From Podarcis tiliguerta (taxonomy: Eukaryota): a stretch of DNA of 64,000 nucleotides. Under the pieces are notes generated by a model. That model searched no databases. It saw only the letters and a list, made by a program, of their open reading frames with translations, and had not been told where the DNA came from. Both the position numbers and the translations under genes were made by a program. Within the stretch, counting starts at the first letter, position 1. Each line of letters opens with the position of its first letter. Below, piece after piece: positions 11,907 to 23,174 of the stretch. Location of the stretch: NCBI GenBank assembly GCA_965153285.1, contig OZ229117.1. The stretch is one strand, 5' to 3'.

Positions 11907-12006
11907 GTGAGTAGCCTCTGCTTCGTGGTCTATTCTTCCTGCCCCTCTTCTGTGACTTGCCTTTTTCTTTTTGTAAGTAACTTTGAGCTCTTGACTGGAA
12001 AGCAAA

Positions 12007-12123
12007 GGGTGGTATTCAATTCTAGTCCTACTCAGGGTAGACCCATTGAGATTAATGGACATGACTTACTTTCATTAATTTCAATTGATCTACTCTGGGT
12101 GGGGCTTTGTGGAGTATAACCCC
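12007..12123. repeat. Hairpin MITE-like repeat (related copy 24480-24600)
   Basis: Arms agggtagacccattgagattaat / attaatttcaattgatctactct. Confidence 0.6.
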
Positions 12124-12135
12124 AACTAACATGTG

Positions 12136-12163
12136 ACACACACACACACACACACACACACAC
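12136..12163. repeat. (CA)n microsatellite in NOB1 intron 2
   Basis: Direct reading. Confidence 0.95.
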
Positions 12164-12334
12164 GGTCAGGAGTAGAAATCAAGTTGATCACCTACAATTG
12201 CTTCATTGTTACTTGCTCTTTGATGTGTTTTCCTGGTGCCCTCTGGAATTAGAGAAGCACTTTTTCTCATGACCAGTTGTGATTTCCTAGTTTTGCCTCT
12301 GGGCTTGAACACTGAAATCCTCCTTTGTTTCTAG

Positions 12335-12468
12335 TGACGGAGTTTTCCAAGAAGACGGGTGACTACCCCAGTCTTTCAGCCACAGACATCCAAGTCCTGG
12401 CCTTGACCTACCAGCTGGAAGCAGAAAATGTTGGTGTGGCTCACTTGAAGAAAGAGCCAGAGCAGAAG
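12335..12468 (+). CDS. NOB1: NOB1 exon 3 (VTEFSKKTGDYPSLSATDIQVLALTYQLE...)
   Basis: 134 bp, AG/GT, conserved KTGDYPSLSATD motif. Confidence 0.95.
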
Positions 12469-13287
12469 GTGGATCTTCCTCCTTTTATTATTTCTCTTTT
12501 GAAGGGGCCTTTTCCAGCAAAATGTTTATTTACTATGATGTTGGTTTTGTATCCTGCTTTTTAGGCAAATGTTTTCTTCCAAACAACTCACATTAATTAA
12601 AAGACAGACAGAGAGAGGTCCTTCCCTTAGGCTTACACACTTTAAAAAACAAGACACACAAGAGAAGGGGAAATTAGGGAAGCGGGGGGGGGGGGGGTGT
12701 TGACCAGATGGCTAATGCCAGGAACCAAGTGGTGGGGTGGGCACAGGCATTACTATCTAGTTGGGGCCAAGATAATATTTCCTTGCTTGGATGGAGATAC
12801 TGTAAATGACCCTGCAGCCCTTGTTCCCCTGGCTGATGTCAGCATTTGCTTCTACCTTTCAGCTGTGCACTCCCAGGGCAATTGAAAAGGGTTCTTTCTG
12901 CCAGTGAGGAGGGAAGTCAACTCCCTCTGTGGCTGATTGAGGAGGCCCCTTGTTGCAATATTCTTCCTATCCAGTAGGAGGGGGGAATCCAGTTCCCCGT
13001 GAATGCAGGACACGCTTGCCACCAGCTGCATGTATTAGCAACCTATGTTTTGTCTTTGTCTGTTTCCTGCTGCTGCAAATGCCAAACAGGCTGATTATGC
13101 ACTGCCTGAATCCTGTCCTATGCTCTGCTGTGGCTTGAACGCCATTCTTCTTGCCATTGCTGCTCAAAAGCTGATCAGACCCTGGGATGGTAGGTTTTGT
13201 GAGGCAGCTGCTGCTATAAGAATCAACACTATGCCCTACTGACCCACATCCCACTTTCTTTTCTCTCCCCACCCTGGATCCTTGCAG

Positions 13288-13359
13288 GTAAAACTCAGCT
13301 CAACAAAGCAGCACCCTGAGACACCTGTTCATGTTGCTGGCTTCCATCTACCTTCCAAG
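13288..13359 (+). CDS. NOB1: NOB1 exon 4 (VKLSSTKQHPETPVHVAGFHLPSK)
   Basis: 72 bp, AG/GT, HPETP..GFHLP motif. Confidence 0.92.
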
Positions 13360-13639
13360 GTAATTGCCTCTGTGAGCAATCTGAAACTCTGCCCCACTAT
13401 TCATGGAAGGAGTATGAGCAGAGGGTAGCACACCTTGATGACTCACTGCCCCTCCCCTCCTCCTGGTTGCATGGGGTGTAATCTGGGAATGACCAGGTGT
13501 GCCAGTTGAGCCCTTGCGCTGGGAGTCCTTGATAGGCAGCATCTCCTCCTTGGCTTGTGTGAGGATCCAGTGACCATCCGGCATCTACCAGAAGCCTAAA
13601 GGAAGAGGTAGCCACACACGGCTTTTCTAAGAGGGCCAT

Positions 13640-13790
13640 GGAGGATGGGCAAATCACTCAGTGGTGGAGCACCTGCTTTGCCTGCAAAAGGTCCCAGGTT
13701 CAATCCCAGCCAGCATCTCCAGGTAAACACCCCAGAGAGTCATTGCTGCCAGTCAGTGTAAGCAATCTGGAGCTTGTATATGACTGTTTC
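13640..13790 (+). mobile_element. Older tRNA-derived SINE (related copies ~37190-37370 on +, ~36355-36530 on -, fragment ~6050-6150)
   Basis: A/B boxes ctcagtggtggagcac...ggtcccaggttcaatccc followed by shared body gctgccagtcagtgta. Confidence 0.7.
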
Positions 13791-13841
13791 TTCTGGCAAT
13801 TCATACATGTCAGCTTTTCTTCTGCCCAACTTTTATTCTAG

Positions 13842-13991
13842 ACCAAGTGCCCAGGAGGTGAGAAGAGTCCTTCCGTGGTGGGAAGCAGAAACTCTGCAGA
13901 CTCCACAGGCCCTGAAACCTCTGAGTTTGGTTCCTTCCTGTTCTGGAGGAACCCTCTGCCCAGCATTGAGGAGGATCTACAGGACTTGCTG
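13842..13991 (+). CDS. NOB1: NOB1 exon 5 (...EFGSFLFWRNPLPSIEEDLQDLL)
   Basis: 150 bp, AG/GT, FWRNPLP motif. Confidence 0.9.
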
Positions 13992-14116
13992 GTAAGAAGT
14001 CTAGCATTCTTTCCTTTCTTCCTGCCTCACTGGGACACAGGCACCACCTTCATCTCTGCAGCCTGGGAAGGTTCCATGCTCAGCGGATCCTCTCCCAATT
14101 GGTCTGTTTTTCGCAG

Positions 14117-14323
14117 AAAGCGGATGCTGTTGTTATTGTGCCAGAGGACCCCAAAGGCAACAAGAGTAGTGGTGAGGAGGAGGAGCAGAGTGGAGAGGAC
14201 AGCGATGACGAGGAAGGCTGGATCACGCCTAGCAACATCAAGCAGATCCAACAGGGCATGGGCCAGGCTGATGAGCCAGCTGGTGTGCAGGTTGGCTGTG
14301 TCACCACCGACTTTGCCATGCAG
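14117..14323 (+). CDS. NOB1: NOB1 exon 6 (acidic tract, GWITPSNIKQ, VGCVTTDFAMQ); GC donor
   Basis: 207 bp; ends CAG|gcaagt, required to join TDFAMQ to NILLQMG. Confidence 0.9.
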
Positions 14324-15025
14324 GCAAGTGTGGGCTGTGTGAGACCAGGTGGTCCCCAGGGCTTGAGGGGAGGGAGAAGGATGTATGCTTACCTTTTCGT
14401 CCTTGCTTCCATGCACCCAGTCTAGTCCTGTAAGCCTCCTGCTACATTCTTGTGCCTGCTACAGCTGCCTGGTCCAGGCTTCCTTGGAGGCCCAGCAGAG
14501 GTTTTATGGTCTATGTTGGAAGAACATGATGAGAATAGGAGGGACAGAAAGGGTGGCTCATGAGCAGCAAGGGGTGACTTGGGTGGCAGCAGGAAGCTGA
14601 GAAGAGGGAAGGGAAGTGGCCAGGTGTAGAGCAGAGGGATGAGAGAGAGAGGAGAAGCTGCAGGAGGTGGATTGAAGGCAAACAGGCAGTGGGACAAAAA
14701 CAGGAAGGGGAGAGGGGAAGCAGCGCTTTGTGCTCCGAGTTGGGCAACCTGGCAGACCTAAAGAAGAGGAAACTGGGGGCTCTCTTTCAACTGGAGAAGC
14801 TTGGTCAGCCCAGCAGCAAAAGAAGAGCAAACTTCCAAAGCCAGCATTTTGTGTATTTTAAAAAGGAGAGCAAGCATTGCCTTATTTTAGCTCCTGCCCT
14901 TTCCAAGACCCCAGCCTATGGAGTATCCAAAGTCTGTTGAGAGGGACTTGCCCTGCACCAGCGTCATGGGGGCACATTGGGTGCTGATTGGGCTCTCCTC
15001 CCCTTCTCTGGTCTCTTTCCCACAG

Positions 15026-15123
15026 AACATTCTGCTGCAGATGGGCCTGCATGTGCTGGCAGTCAATGGCATGCTGATCCGGCACACCCGGAGCTACATC
15101 CTGCGCTGCCACGGCTGCTTCAA
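15026..15123 (+). CDS. NOB1: NOB1 exon 7 (NILLQMGLHVLAVNGMLIRHTRSYILRCHGCFK)
   Basis: 98 bp, AG/GT, first CxxC of the zinc ribbon. Confidence 0.95.
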
Positions 15124-15279
15124 GTATGTGATGAGTTGGTGGCTGGGCTGCAATCTCTGGCATATGGGCAACAGCTGGGCCTGTGTCTAGCCGTATTCAG
15201 GAGGCGCCCCCTGGGCTTGGGCAATGGGCTGCTGCCAAGGTTGTCAAGCCGCTGACCTGGCTTCTCTGCTTTCCTCCAG

Positions 15280-15424
15280 AACCACATCAGAAATGACCCG
15301 GCTCTTCTGCCCTCATTGCGGGAACAAGACGCTTAAGAAGGTGGCAGTGAGTGTGGATGACGATGGCAGCATCCACATGCATTTTTCTCGGAATCCCAAG
15401 GTCTTGAACCCCCGTGGCCTCCGG
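15280..15424 (+). CDS. NOB1: NOB1 exon 8 (TTSEMTRLFCPHCGNKTLKKV...NPRGLR)
   Basis: 145 bp, AG/GT, second CxxC of the zinc ribbon. Confidence 0.95.
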
Positions 15425-15987
15425 GTGAGCAGCTCTGCTCTGGGCTCCAGTGTTCTTATGGGCTTCCCGCACTTGTTGTCCTCTCTGTTGGCTGCCTGTG
15501 CTCCCAGCTGAGCACCTGAGGCAAGAAGTAAGAGTCTGCAGCAGGCCACGCAGAAGTCTTCTGGGGCCAGCAGCAGAATCTTCTCTGGGCTTATTTATTT
15601 CCTCCCAATGGCAAAAGTTCTGTGGCCAGTGCTATCCAGTGTAGCTTTAAGGAACTTGTTCCACTAGCACAACGATTTATGGTTGTATAGCAATATTTCC
15701 CCCTGCATGTGTCCTACGCCTTCCCAAATTTTCTCCAAAGAGTTGGGGGAACCCCATAACAGATTATGGGGGGAGAAGATGTGGGGGGTGTCTGTTGTGC
15801 AGCTGTCACTCCTCATGCTACAACAATGAGTGGATTGGATACTACTGTAAGTAAAAATGTAAAACCGTAACTTGGAAAAAATATAACAAGGATAAAAGTC
15901 AAGTGTGAGGTGCCTCTCCCTGTCAGGGGTGTGGGGCAGGGTGCATTGGTCCTTTTGGCTTCACTGTGTGCCTCTTTCTTTCCACAG

Positions 15988-16257
15988 TACTCTCTCCCAG
16001 CTCCTCAGGGTGGGAAGCACGCAAATAATCCCCACCTGACAGAGGACCAGCACTTCCCCCAGCAACGGCTCTCCCGCAAGGCCAGGCAGAAGACAAATGT
16101 CTTTGACCCTGATTATATTGCAGGAGTTTCTCCATTTGCGGAAAACGACATCTACAGCCGGGCGGCCAATCTACAGATCCGGGATACGGCGCTGGGTGCA
16201 GGCAGGAGGCGTCTGAACCCCAACACAGCCTCCAAAAAATTTGTGAAAAAGAGATGA
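15988..16257 (+). CDS. NOB1: NOB1 exon 9 (YSLPAPQGGKHANNP...KKFVKKR*)
   Basis: 270 bp to TGA; summed CDS 1272 nt = 423 aa. Confidence 0.95.
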   Translation, partial: YSLPAPQGGKHANNPHLTEDQHFPQQRLSRKARQKTNVFDPDYIAGVSPFAENDIYSRAANLQIRDTALGAGRRRLNPNTASKKFVKKR

Positions 16258-16391
16258 GGTGGGGAGAGATGCAACCACCCACCTGTCCCACTTGTCAATG
16301 AAGGGAGGACAAGTCTTTTGTTTCCTACAGCTTGTGTGAAGGCAGGACTTTGCCCCTTGGCTCTGCTTCCAAGGCAACAGACACTAGTGTG

Positions 16392-16561
16392 AATAAACGG
16401 CAAGCAGCAGGAAGGTGGGAGGCAGACTGACAAAGTGATCTGGAAAGTGAGAGTGGCCCTCGTGCGGCAGAATCCATGTGCTGCGCTCAGGTCTTGGGTG
16501 CAGTCTAATGCAAAAGACTCAGCAGCGGTGGCCGCATGTTTTGTTTTGTTTTTTTAATAAA
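16392..16561 (+). terminator. NOB1 candidate poly(A) signals AATAAA at 16392-16397 and 16556-16561
   Basis: Canonical hexamers downstream of the stop; the second has a U-rich upstream and GU-rich downstream context. Confidence 0.6.
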
Positions 16562-18779
16562 CCAGGGTGTCTGCACATTTGGTGTCTGTGCACAACTCCT
16601 TGTGGTTTAGCTTGTCCCTTTCCTGACAACTAGACCCCTTTTCTCCCATGAGCTGAAGGTAGCCTTTCCCCTGTAGTAGTCAAGAGCACGGGCCTTGGCC
16701 TTTTTCTACCAGGTCTTCAGCCATACAGTAAACTGGTTGGGATGCCTAGAGAGGAAGCACTGCTCTTTGACTGTCTTCTATCACATTGCTGGCTGCAAAC
16801 TTTTGAGTTCCACAAAGCTCTTTCTCAGAAGTGCCTGTTCAAAGCAAAAACAGAAAAGTTTACGGCCTAATAGCTGATTAACTCCAAAACACACATCCAT
16901 GTGGGCTAATAAGAGTAGGAACCTGGAAAAGCCTGTTTAATTTTTGGTCTAAATACCTATGCTGGGGAATAGGCCTCTGTTTAACTCAAAAGATCACTTC
17001 CACTATTGTCAAAACATATGACAATAGGTTGCCTAAAATCTTTTCTCTGGTGAAAAGGGGTTAAAGAGCCATGAGAAGGAGAACTGCAGGAATGTCGCAA
17101 AAATGCCTGGCAATGAGCTGGTGGCAACTCCATAAGGCCACGTCCCACTCACAGAGAGAGCCGCAGGTGTTCTCCCCCAGCCCTCTGGTGGGTCCCCTTG
17201 CAAGACAAGTTGTGTCACATTTTCTACTGCTTCCTGCCTTGGGCTACAGCAAATCCTCCTTGCACTTAACAAGCCTTTTCCTTGTAGAGGAAAGGTCAAC
17301 GGCCAGTTTGCTGCAGACTGGCCCCTGTTCCATTCCTCCTAACTATGCCCCAACATGCAACAAAGGCCTACATATACCTGGGACCAAAACTGACTGGTAA
17401 ATGAAATTTGATTAGATAGATTTCTAGTGCAAACAAAGGGCCCTGCCCAGTCCTTGCATAGCTCTAGTTAAGTCGCTAACAGTGCCCCACCCTGGCACCA
17501 CACAAAGTTAATCTGGGCATTTGCAGCTTGAATGAAAGGGCTGTCAAAAACATTCTTTGCCATCTTCTAGGGAGGCAGTTGCCAATTTCATAGGCACGCC
17601 TAGCCTGCTTGCTTTGTTCTGAATCTGCCGTGCAAACACCAAAGACCTGCCCTTGGTGGCTAGGACTTAATAAACACAGGAGAGGCTTACACACAGACAC
17701 ACACTTTTAGCAAAGTTTGGTGACTTGTACCTGTCTTTTTTACCTGTTGCCATATACCTTTCGCCAAAAGCAGACACTGCTGCTTCCTATTGGAATTGTA
17801 TTCTACTAATTAATTAATATGAATTCCCATATGTATTGAAAATACTCCCAGGAAGTGTGTGATCTTGCCACAGAGCAGAGCATTCAGAGAAATGACCATT
17901 GCCCAAAATTCATGTGACATTGCTTCCTCTGGATCCATCCCATTACAGTACTGATATAGAAGATAGCCATGGTCAGCAACAGAAGCTAGTTTGGTACAGC
18001 CTGAAATCATTTTACTACTTCCAAATACTGTCCACAGGATTCTTTGTAGTGGCACCCAGAGGCTGTTGGGGAACACCAATAGCCTCACAGGAAACTGATT
18101 CAATGTGTTTGTGAGGACCCAAGTGCCACGCCGAGCACAGAGATACCTCTTAGCAAAGCTCTTGGCCTGCTTGGAGTTTAATTAGCATGTTTGTTCTCCT
18201 TTGTTTATGACTGGACTAAGGACTACAGCAACATCTAGGGCCCTGGGGACCCCCTTAAAGTCCTAGTTCTCTCTGATTGCTTTGGATACCATTTGCCTGT
18301 TGTCAATGCCAGCAGTCCAGTAGTCCCTTGATAGGAGCCTGAGCTGGTAAGGCTTTGTGTATTTGCCTAGCCTTCTCCCCAATGTGGCAGCAAGAGCAAG
18401 AGCTAATTCTTTCATGTGCTTACTATTTCACATGCTCCCATTTTTTCATTTGGTAATTTCTCCCTCCAAAGATCCAAGCAGTAATCTGAACTGTACAAAG
18501 AGCTTGATGAATGATGCAGTGGATGGGTGGCGGGAATAAGTTGTTGGCATCGTCTGTCTTGGGAGACAATGGGAAAGGGCACCTTTGGGTAAAATCAAAC
18601 TGTTGGAGAGTTACAGCACTTTGGGTGTAGAGACCAATGCGGAAGAAACATGTTTTGTTGCAGCAGGGGAAGAAGATGTCTGGTTGTGGTACAGCAGAGG
18701 CACCATGGCATTTCTTCTCTCTGCGCCCCTCCCAGTGGCCATTTCTCCTCTGCTCACTGCTGTGGATACATGCCCTGAC

Positions 18780-19100
18780 TGTCGTTTTAGGACAGACAAA
18801 GGAAAAGATTTCTCCACACAGCGCATAGTTAAACTATGGAATTAGCTTTCACAAGAGGCAATGATTGCCACCAACTTGGATGGCATTAAATGAGGATTAG
18901 ACAAATTCGTGGAGGAGAAGGCTATCAATGGCTATGTTGTACCTGCACTATCGTGCCTCTGAAAACCAGTTGCTGGGGATCACAAGTGGGGAGAGTGCTT
19001 GTTGCACTCATGTCCAGCTTGCAGGCATCTGGTTGGGCACTATGAGAACAGGATGCGGGACTAAATGGCTCACTGACCTGATCCAGCAGGCTCATCTTTT
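18780..19100 (+). mobile_element. CR1 LINE 3' fragment, same family as 2430-2996
   Basis: FRTDKGKDFSTQRIVKLWN ORF2 end; shared 3'UTR (ggcatctggttggg...cctgatccagcag). Confidence 0.75.
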
Positions 19101-20309
19101 GTCCTTCTGCCCTGCAGAGTAAATACTGCTAGGCTTGAAGGACCAACGGTCTGACTTTGTATATAGGAATAGCTGCACATCATCAGATGTCCCAAACAGT
19201 ACAAATTCAAACACTAACTGACTAGGCTATTTGGTGCCTCTGAAGAGGATTAACAGCAGCTGTTTTCACAACTAGTATTTAAGTGGGTATTTTGCACTGT
19301 CTACAGTTCAATTTTCATTGAATGAAAATGCCATATCCTCCAGAATGAATGGCCATTTCTAGACTTACTTAAGTCTTTGCACTAATGTAGGATTTTTTAC
19401 ATTCATTCCTGTACTGTATGTACCACTAACTTAGGACATGAATTGTTTAATAGGGATAGCCTTCATTCAATAATTGAGGGATTCTGCTCATTTCAAAAAA
19501 AGAGCTAAAAGTCCTTCCCCAAAATGCTGTGGGCAAGGGAAGGGCTGCTGAGATGTCAAAAGCCACCAGCAAGAATACCTAGCTGGAAGCCTGTGAGCGA
19601 TTCTTGTAAAATTCACATTCTGTAATTTCATCACCAAAGACAAGTTCAAACTGCATCTTTCTAGCAGCTTGGCTTAACACTTCAGCACTGAACCAACATG
19701 GGTATCTTCAATTAGCAAGGTGCTTTTTTTTTGCAGGGGAGGGGGTTAAATTGTGTAGGCTTGCTGCATGGATCTGCAAATACAGTAAGAGATCCAGAAT
19801 GGGAGGAGTCCTTGGCAAGCACTGATCCTTCCCCAAAGCTGCCATCTGCACACGCCTTCTAAAGCATCTACCCTGGTACTCACCTTTGCCCCATCCTGGA
19901 CCAAGCAAACACTCCAATGACTCTTATTAAGAGGTGCTAGAAGGGCAATTTCTCCACCCTTTCAACATATGTTTTCCAGAAAAGGCAGCTGAGGCAGGGC
20001 TGGGGCTTGTGTCTTCATTTGCAGCAGGGATCGGGAGTCATGCAGAATTAAGGAAAGGCAGAGTACAAGGCTGGGTTCATGTATTTCATTTGCACTATGT
20101 CAGGTGTTCCAGGTTCACTTTGCAGAAGGCCTCCTATCGTAAAATTTTCTCTGCTTTCTGCCAGCAAATGGGCAGGTGAAGCAGCATGGCATACTCTGGT
20201 GCCGTTTTATCTGCTTTCCAGTGAGATAAATTCTGTCTGGGGTTTTGCCTTGGATAGAGCCGCAAGCTGGGACTGCATCAATGAAAAGGGCACATTTCAC
20301 GTTGGAAAC

Positions 20310-20369
20310 CATGGGCAAGCTGGGTGTCGGTCCTGCCCCCCCCCCCCCAAAATCCTGGCTACACCCATG
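20310..20369. mobile_element. 60-bp hAT-type MITE remnant, same TIR family as 7668-7786
   Basis: CATGGGC...GGCTACACCCATG with TSD ttggaaac/ttggaaat. Confidence 0.72.
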
Positions 20370-20752
20370 TTGGAAATGAAGCTACTGTATTAAGCATTGT
20401 CACCAGTCTCCCCTGTGAGGGCTACGAGTGGACGCTTGCCCCTAACAGCATGGCAGCTAAATGGACCCTTCAGCGTCTATCTCTGAATGCCAATGGCACA
20501 GATGACAGGAGGTTTTGCGTCTTCCTTTTCGGACATCTGGTGGTTGGTCACTGGGAGAAAGCGGGATGCTGGGCCGGGGGGCGTGTCTTTAGATGGAGAG
20601 CTGCCAAATTAAGGGAGAAGTGAATGGGCTCTCGATGGCTCCTGGGCATGAGTTTCTCAATACAGAGGCAGTCTCCCTCGGGGCGAAGCCTTCCCCTCGG
20701 GGCACCAAGAGGCAACATGCTGGGTCTGGCCGGAGTGTGGTTTCCCCGCCCC

Positions 20753-20764
20753 AGTGACTCAGCA
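20753..20764 (+). promoter_or_regulatory. Antioxidant response element (NRF2/sMAF) of NQO1 with embedded AP-1 site
   Basis: AGTGACTCAGCA matches RTGAYnnnGC and the mammalian NQO1 ARE core. Confidence 0.85.
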
Positions 20765-20788
20765 AATCCGCGCCGCCTCCTCCGCCTC

Positions 20789-20796
20789 TTATAAGA
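20789..20796 (+). promoter_or_regulatory. NQO1 TATA-like box (TTATAAGA) in a CpG island spanning ~20550-21800
   Basis: TATAA ~55 bp upstream of the Kozak ATG; GC box CCCCGCCCC just upstream of the ARE. Confidence 0.65.
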
Positions 20797-20844
20797 CCCG
20801 CGGCGCCGACGGCTTAGTTCAACTGCTGCCCGGCTTGCATCGCC

Positions 20845-20851
20845 ATGGCTG
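20845..20851 (+). CDS. NQO1: NQO1 exon 1 (ATG GCT G)
   Basis: Kozak cgccATGG, 7-nt coding part, donor G|gtaagt, same layout as mammalian NQO1. Confidence 0.9.
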
Positions 20852-21280
20852 GTAAGTAGCTCGTCTCCTCGGCCCAGCCTTACTCTGATGGGCCCTAAAG
20901 TACGCATCAGGCTGCCCCGCGGAGCCAAGCAAGCAGATCGAAAAGAGAGGAAGGACGGGGGTGGGTGGGATCGATCGAGTCTCCAAGGCACAGGCTCCCC
21001 CTGCAGGAGTCCTTTCCCGCCTCGAGAGCGTCTCCCCTCGGGTTCTCCGAGGCCCTGCCGCAGCGCCGGCAGCAACTTGCAAGGAGGCGGGTGGCGCCCA
21101 CCTGGCGGGCCCCCGAAAGGCAGGCAGGGGCCTGCGAGGCTGCGCTGCCCTGGTGGGAGGCGCCGAGGCGGGAGTCTGTCCGCCTCTGTTGCAGGCCCGG
21201 CGGCAGGGCGGCTCTCCCGGAGCTTTGGCCGCCCGAGGCGCCTTGCCTTGCCAGGCTCTGCCCTCCTGCTCTCCTTGCAG

Positions 21281-21445
21281 CTCGGCAGGCGCTGATCGTG
21301 CTGGCCCACCCGGAGCGGACATCCTTCAACTATGCCATGAAAGAGGCGGCTGTCGAGGCGCTGCAGAAGAGTGGGTGGAAGGTGACCGTCTCGGATCTCT
21401 ACGCCATGCGCTTCAACCCGGTCCTCTCCCGGGACGACGTCACCG
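21281..21445 (+). CDS. NQO1: NQO1 exon 2 ([25 protein letters not shown]...[17 protein letters not shown])
   Basis: 165 bp, AG/GT, flavodoxin-fold FAD-binding motif AHPERTSFN. Confidence 0.95.
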
Positions 21446-21690
21446 GTACATAGGTCTCTGGGTCCCTCTCGCTCCGCTAGGTGTGTCTGCACAGATTGGC
21501 GGCGGCGGTGCCAGCTCGGCTGGGTTTCAGGCCGGCTGGGAGGGGGCGCTTTCCCCAGCCTTCCTGCCTGGAGGAACTGTCGTCGGGGCGAGTACCCGGG
21601 ACCTCTTGCCGCTCCTTTCCCGGAGCCCCCAGAGGCTCCGCCTCGCCTGCGTGCCTGGACCCACCCTTCCCCCCTCTCCCCCTCCCTCAG

Positions 21691-21821
21691 GCAAGCCGAA
21701 GGACCCGCAGCACTTCAGCTACCCGGCCGAAACGGGGCTGGCATGGAAAGAAGGCCGCCTGAGCAAGGACATCGTAGAGGAGCAAAAAAAGCTGGACGCT
21801 GCCGATCTAGTCATCTTCCAG
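21691..21821 (+). CDS. NQO1: NQO1 exon 3 ([14 protein letters not shown]...[12 protein letters not shown])
   Basis: 131 bp, AG/GT. Confidence 0.95.
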
Positions 21822-22258
21822 GTGGTTCCCAGATCATAGGACGCTAAGGAGTCAGACCACCTGGTCCATCAAGCCCAGGGTTGTTTAAGTGAACTGTTTC
21901 TCCAGGTTTTCAGGCATGAGTCTACCCCTTCTACAGCCCTTCTCCAACTATCATAGATGGGCACCGGCTTCCTGGGAGGGGATTTAGAGGGGGGTGACTT
22001 TTCCACCTGCATCATAAGCCTCTTCTTGCCTTAGGCAAGAAGGCTTGTAGTGTTTGACCTGAGTGTGGATTTTGGCCATGAATCTTGCTGACCAATGAAC
22101 TCTGGAGAGGCAAATTTAGGAAGTCCTAATTCAGTAAAGAGGGTAGGAGCAACACTTTTTAAAGCTCAGGTTTTAAAAATTGGATTCTGGCAAACATGGA
22201 AATTGTCCACATAGGGCCTGTACTTCACAGGGGGGAAACAATATGCTTCTAACCCCCT

Positions 22259-22392
22259 GAATCATAGAGTTGGAAGAGACCACAAGGGCCATCGAGTCCA
22301 ACCCCCTGCCAAGCAGGAAACACCATCAGAGCACTCATGACATATGGTTGTCAAGCCTCTGCTTAAAGACCTCCAAAGAAGGAGACTCCACC
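22259..22392 (-). mobile_element. CR1 LINE 3' end in NQO1 intron 3
   Basis: gaatcatagagttggaagagaccacaagggccatcgagtccaacccc is the reverse CR1 tail. Confidence 0.75.
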
Positions 22393-22557
22393 TGCTAGAG
22401 CTTGACATTGGAACAAAGTTCTGGAACTAGTGGTTCTAAGGGAATGCCATGGGCACTGAAGAGCTTTTTGGGAATGGTACCTGGACTCTAAAGTACCATG
22501 AAATGAATGTGCAACAAGGGCCTCAATCCTTATCCTATGGCTCTGCTTCTGTTGCAG

Positions 22558-22671
22558 TTCCCTCTCCAGTGGTTTGGTGTCCCGGCCATCTTGAAAGGGT
22601 GGTATGAGCGTGTCCTCACTGGTGGATTTGCCTACTCCTACAGTGCCATGTATGACCAGGGGCCCTTCAAG
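22558..22671 (+). CDS. NQO1: NQO1 exon 4 ([38 protein letters not shown])
   Basis: 114 bp, AG/GT, FPLQWF..PAILKGW motif. Confidence 0.95.
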
Positions 22672-23072
22672 GTAGGTATGCAGTGGGGATTTGGTGGGAG
22701 TGAAGTCTTGCTGCTGCTGTAGCCACCACCACCTTTCATTCTCTCCAACTGGCCAGTAGCTGCAGCCTGTCTGTTGTGCATTTGAGCCCTGCAGTCAGCC
22801 TCTTTGGTGCTCTGCATGAAACAATATGGCAGACTCTGGTGGTAGTGGGAAAAGACAGAGGATTCTGACAATGACCCTGCCTCTTGGTATTTTAGAGAAG
22901 GTTGTTCTGTGGGACAGAGAAGGTGCAGTTCCTTTCCTCCATATTGTGGCAAGATGATGATCAGCTGGGCTTTCACAATACTCTGCAAAATGACCCTTGT
23001 TCACTAGTTGCTCTCTGCATGACAGTGTCTCAGCTGCTGTGTAAAGCATAACTCATACTTGGTTACTTACAG

Positions 23073-23174
23073 AATAAGAAGACTCTACTTTCCTTCACCA
23101 CTGGTGGGATGGGCTCCATGTACACCCCTGAAGGCATCAATGGGGACATCAACATCCTTCTTTGGCCAATACAG
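23073..23174 (+). CDS. NQO1: NQO1 exon 5 ([34 protein letters not shown])
   Basis: 102 bp, AG/GT, TTGG FAD loop; missing from the ORF track. Confidence 0.95.

Noticed and set aside
13285-13293. cag|GTAAAA at the start of NOB1 exon 4, resembling a recursive splice site
   Set aside because: GTA is simply the Val codon, and the introns are too short to suggest recursive splicing
18530-18760. Possible RTE/SINE-like repeat upstream of the CR1 fragment
   Set aside because: Looks repetitive but I cannot assign a family or boundaries without a database search
20548-21839. Long ORFs (314 aa minus, 292 aa plus, others) over the NQO1 5' region
   Set aside because: Stop-poor GC-rich CpG island; the only recognisable parts are NQO1 exons 2-3
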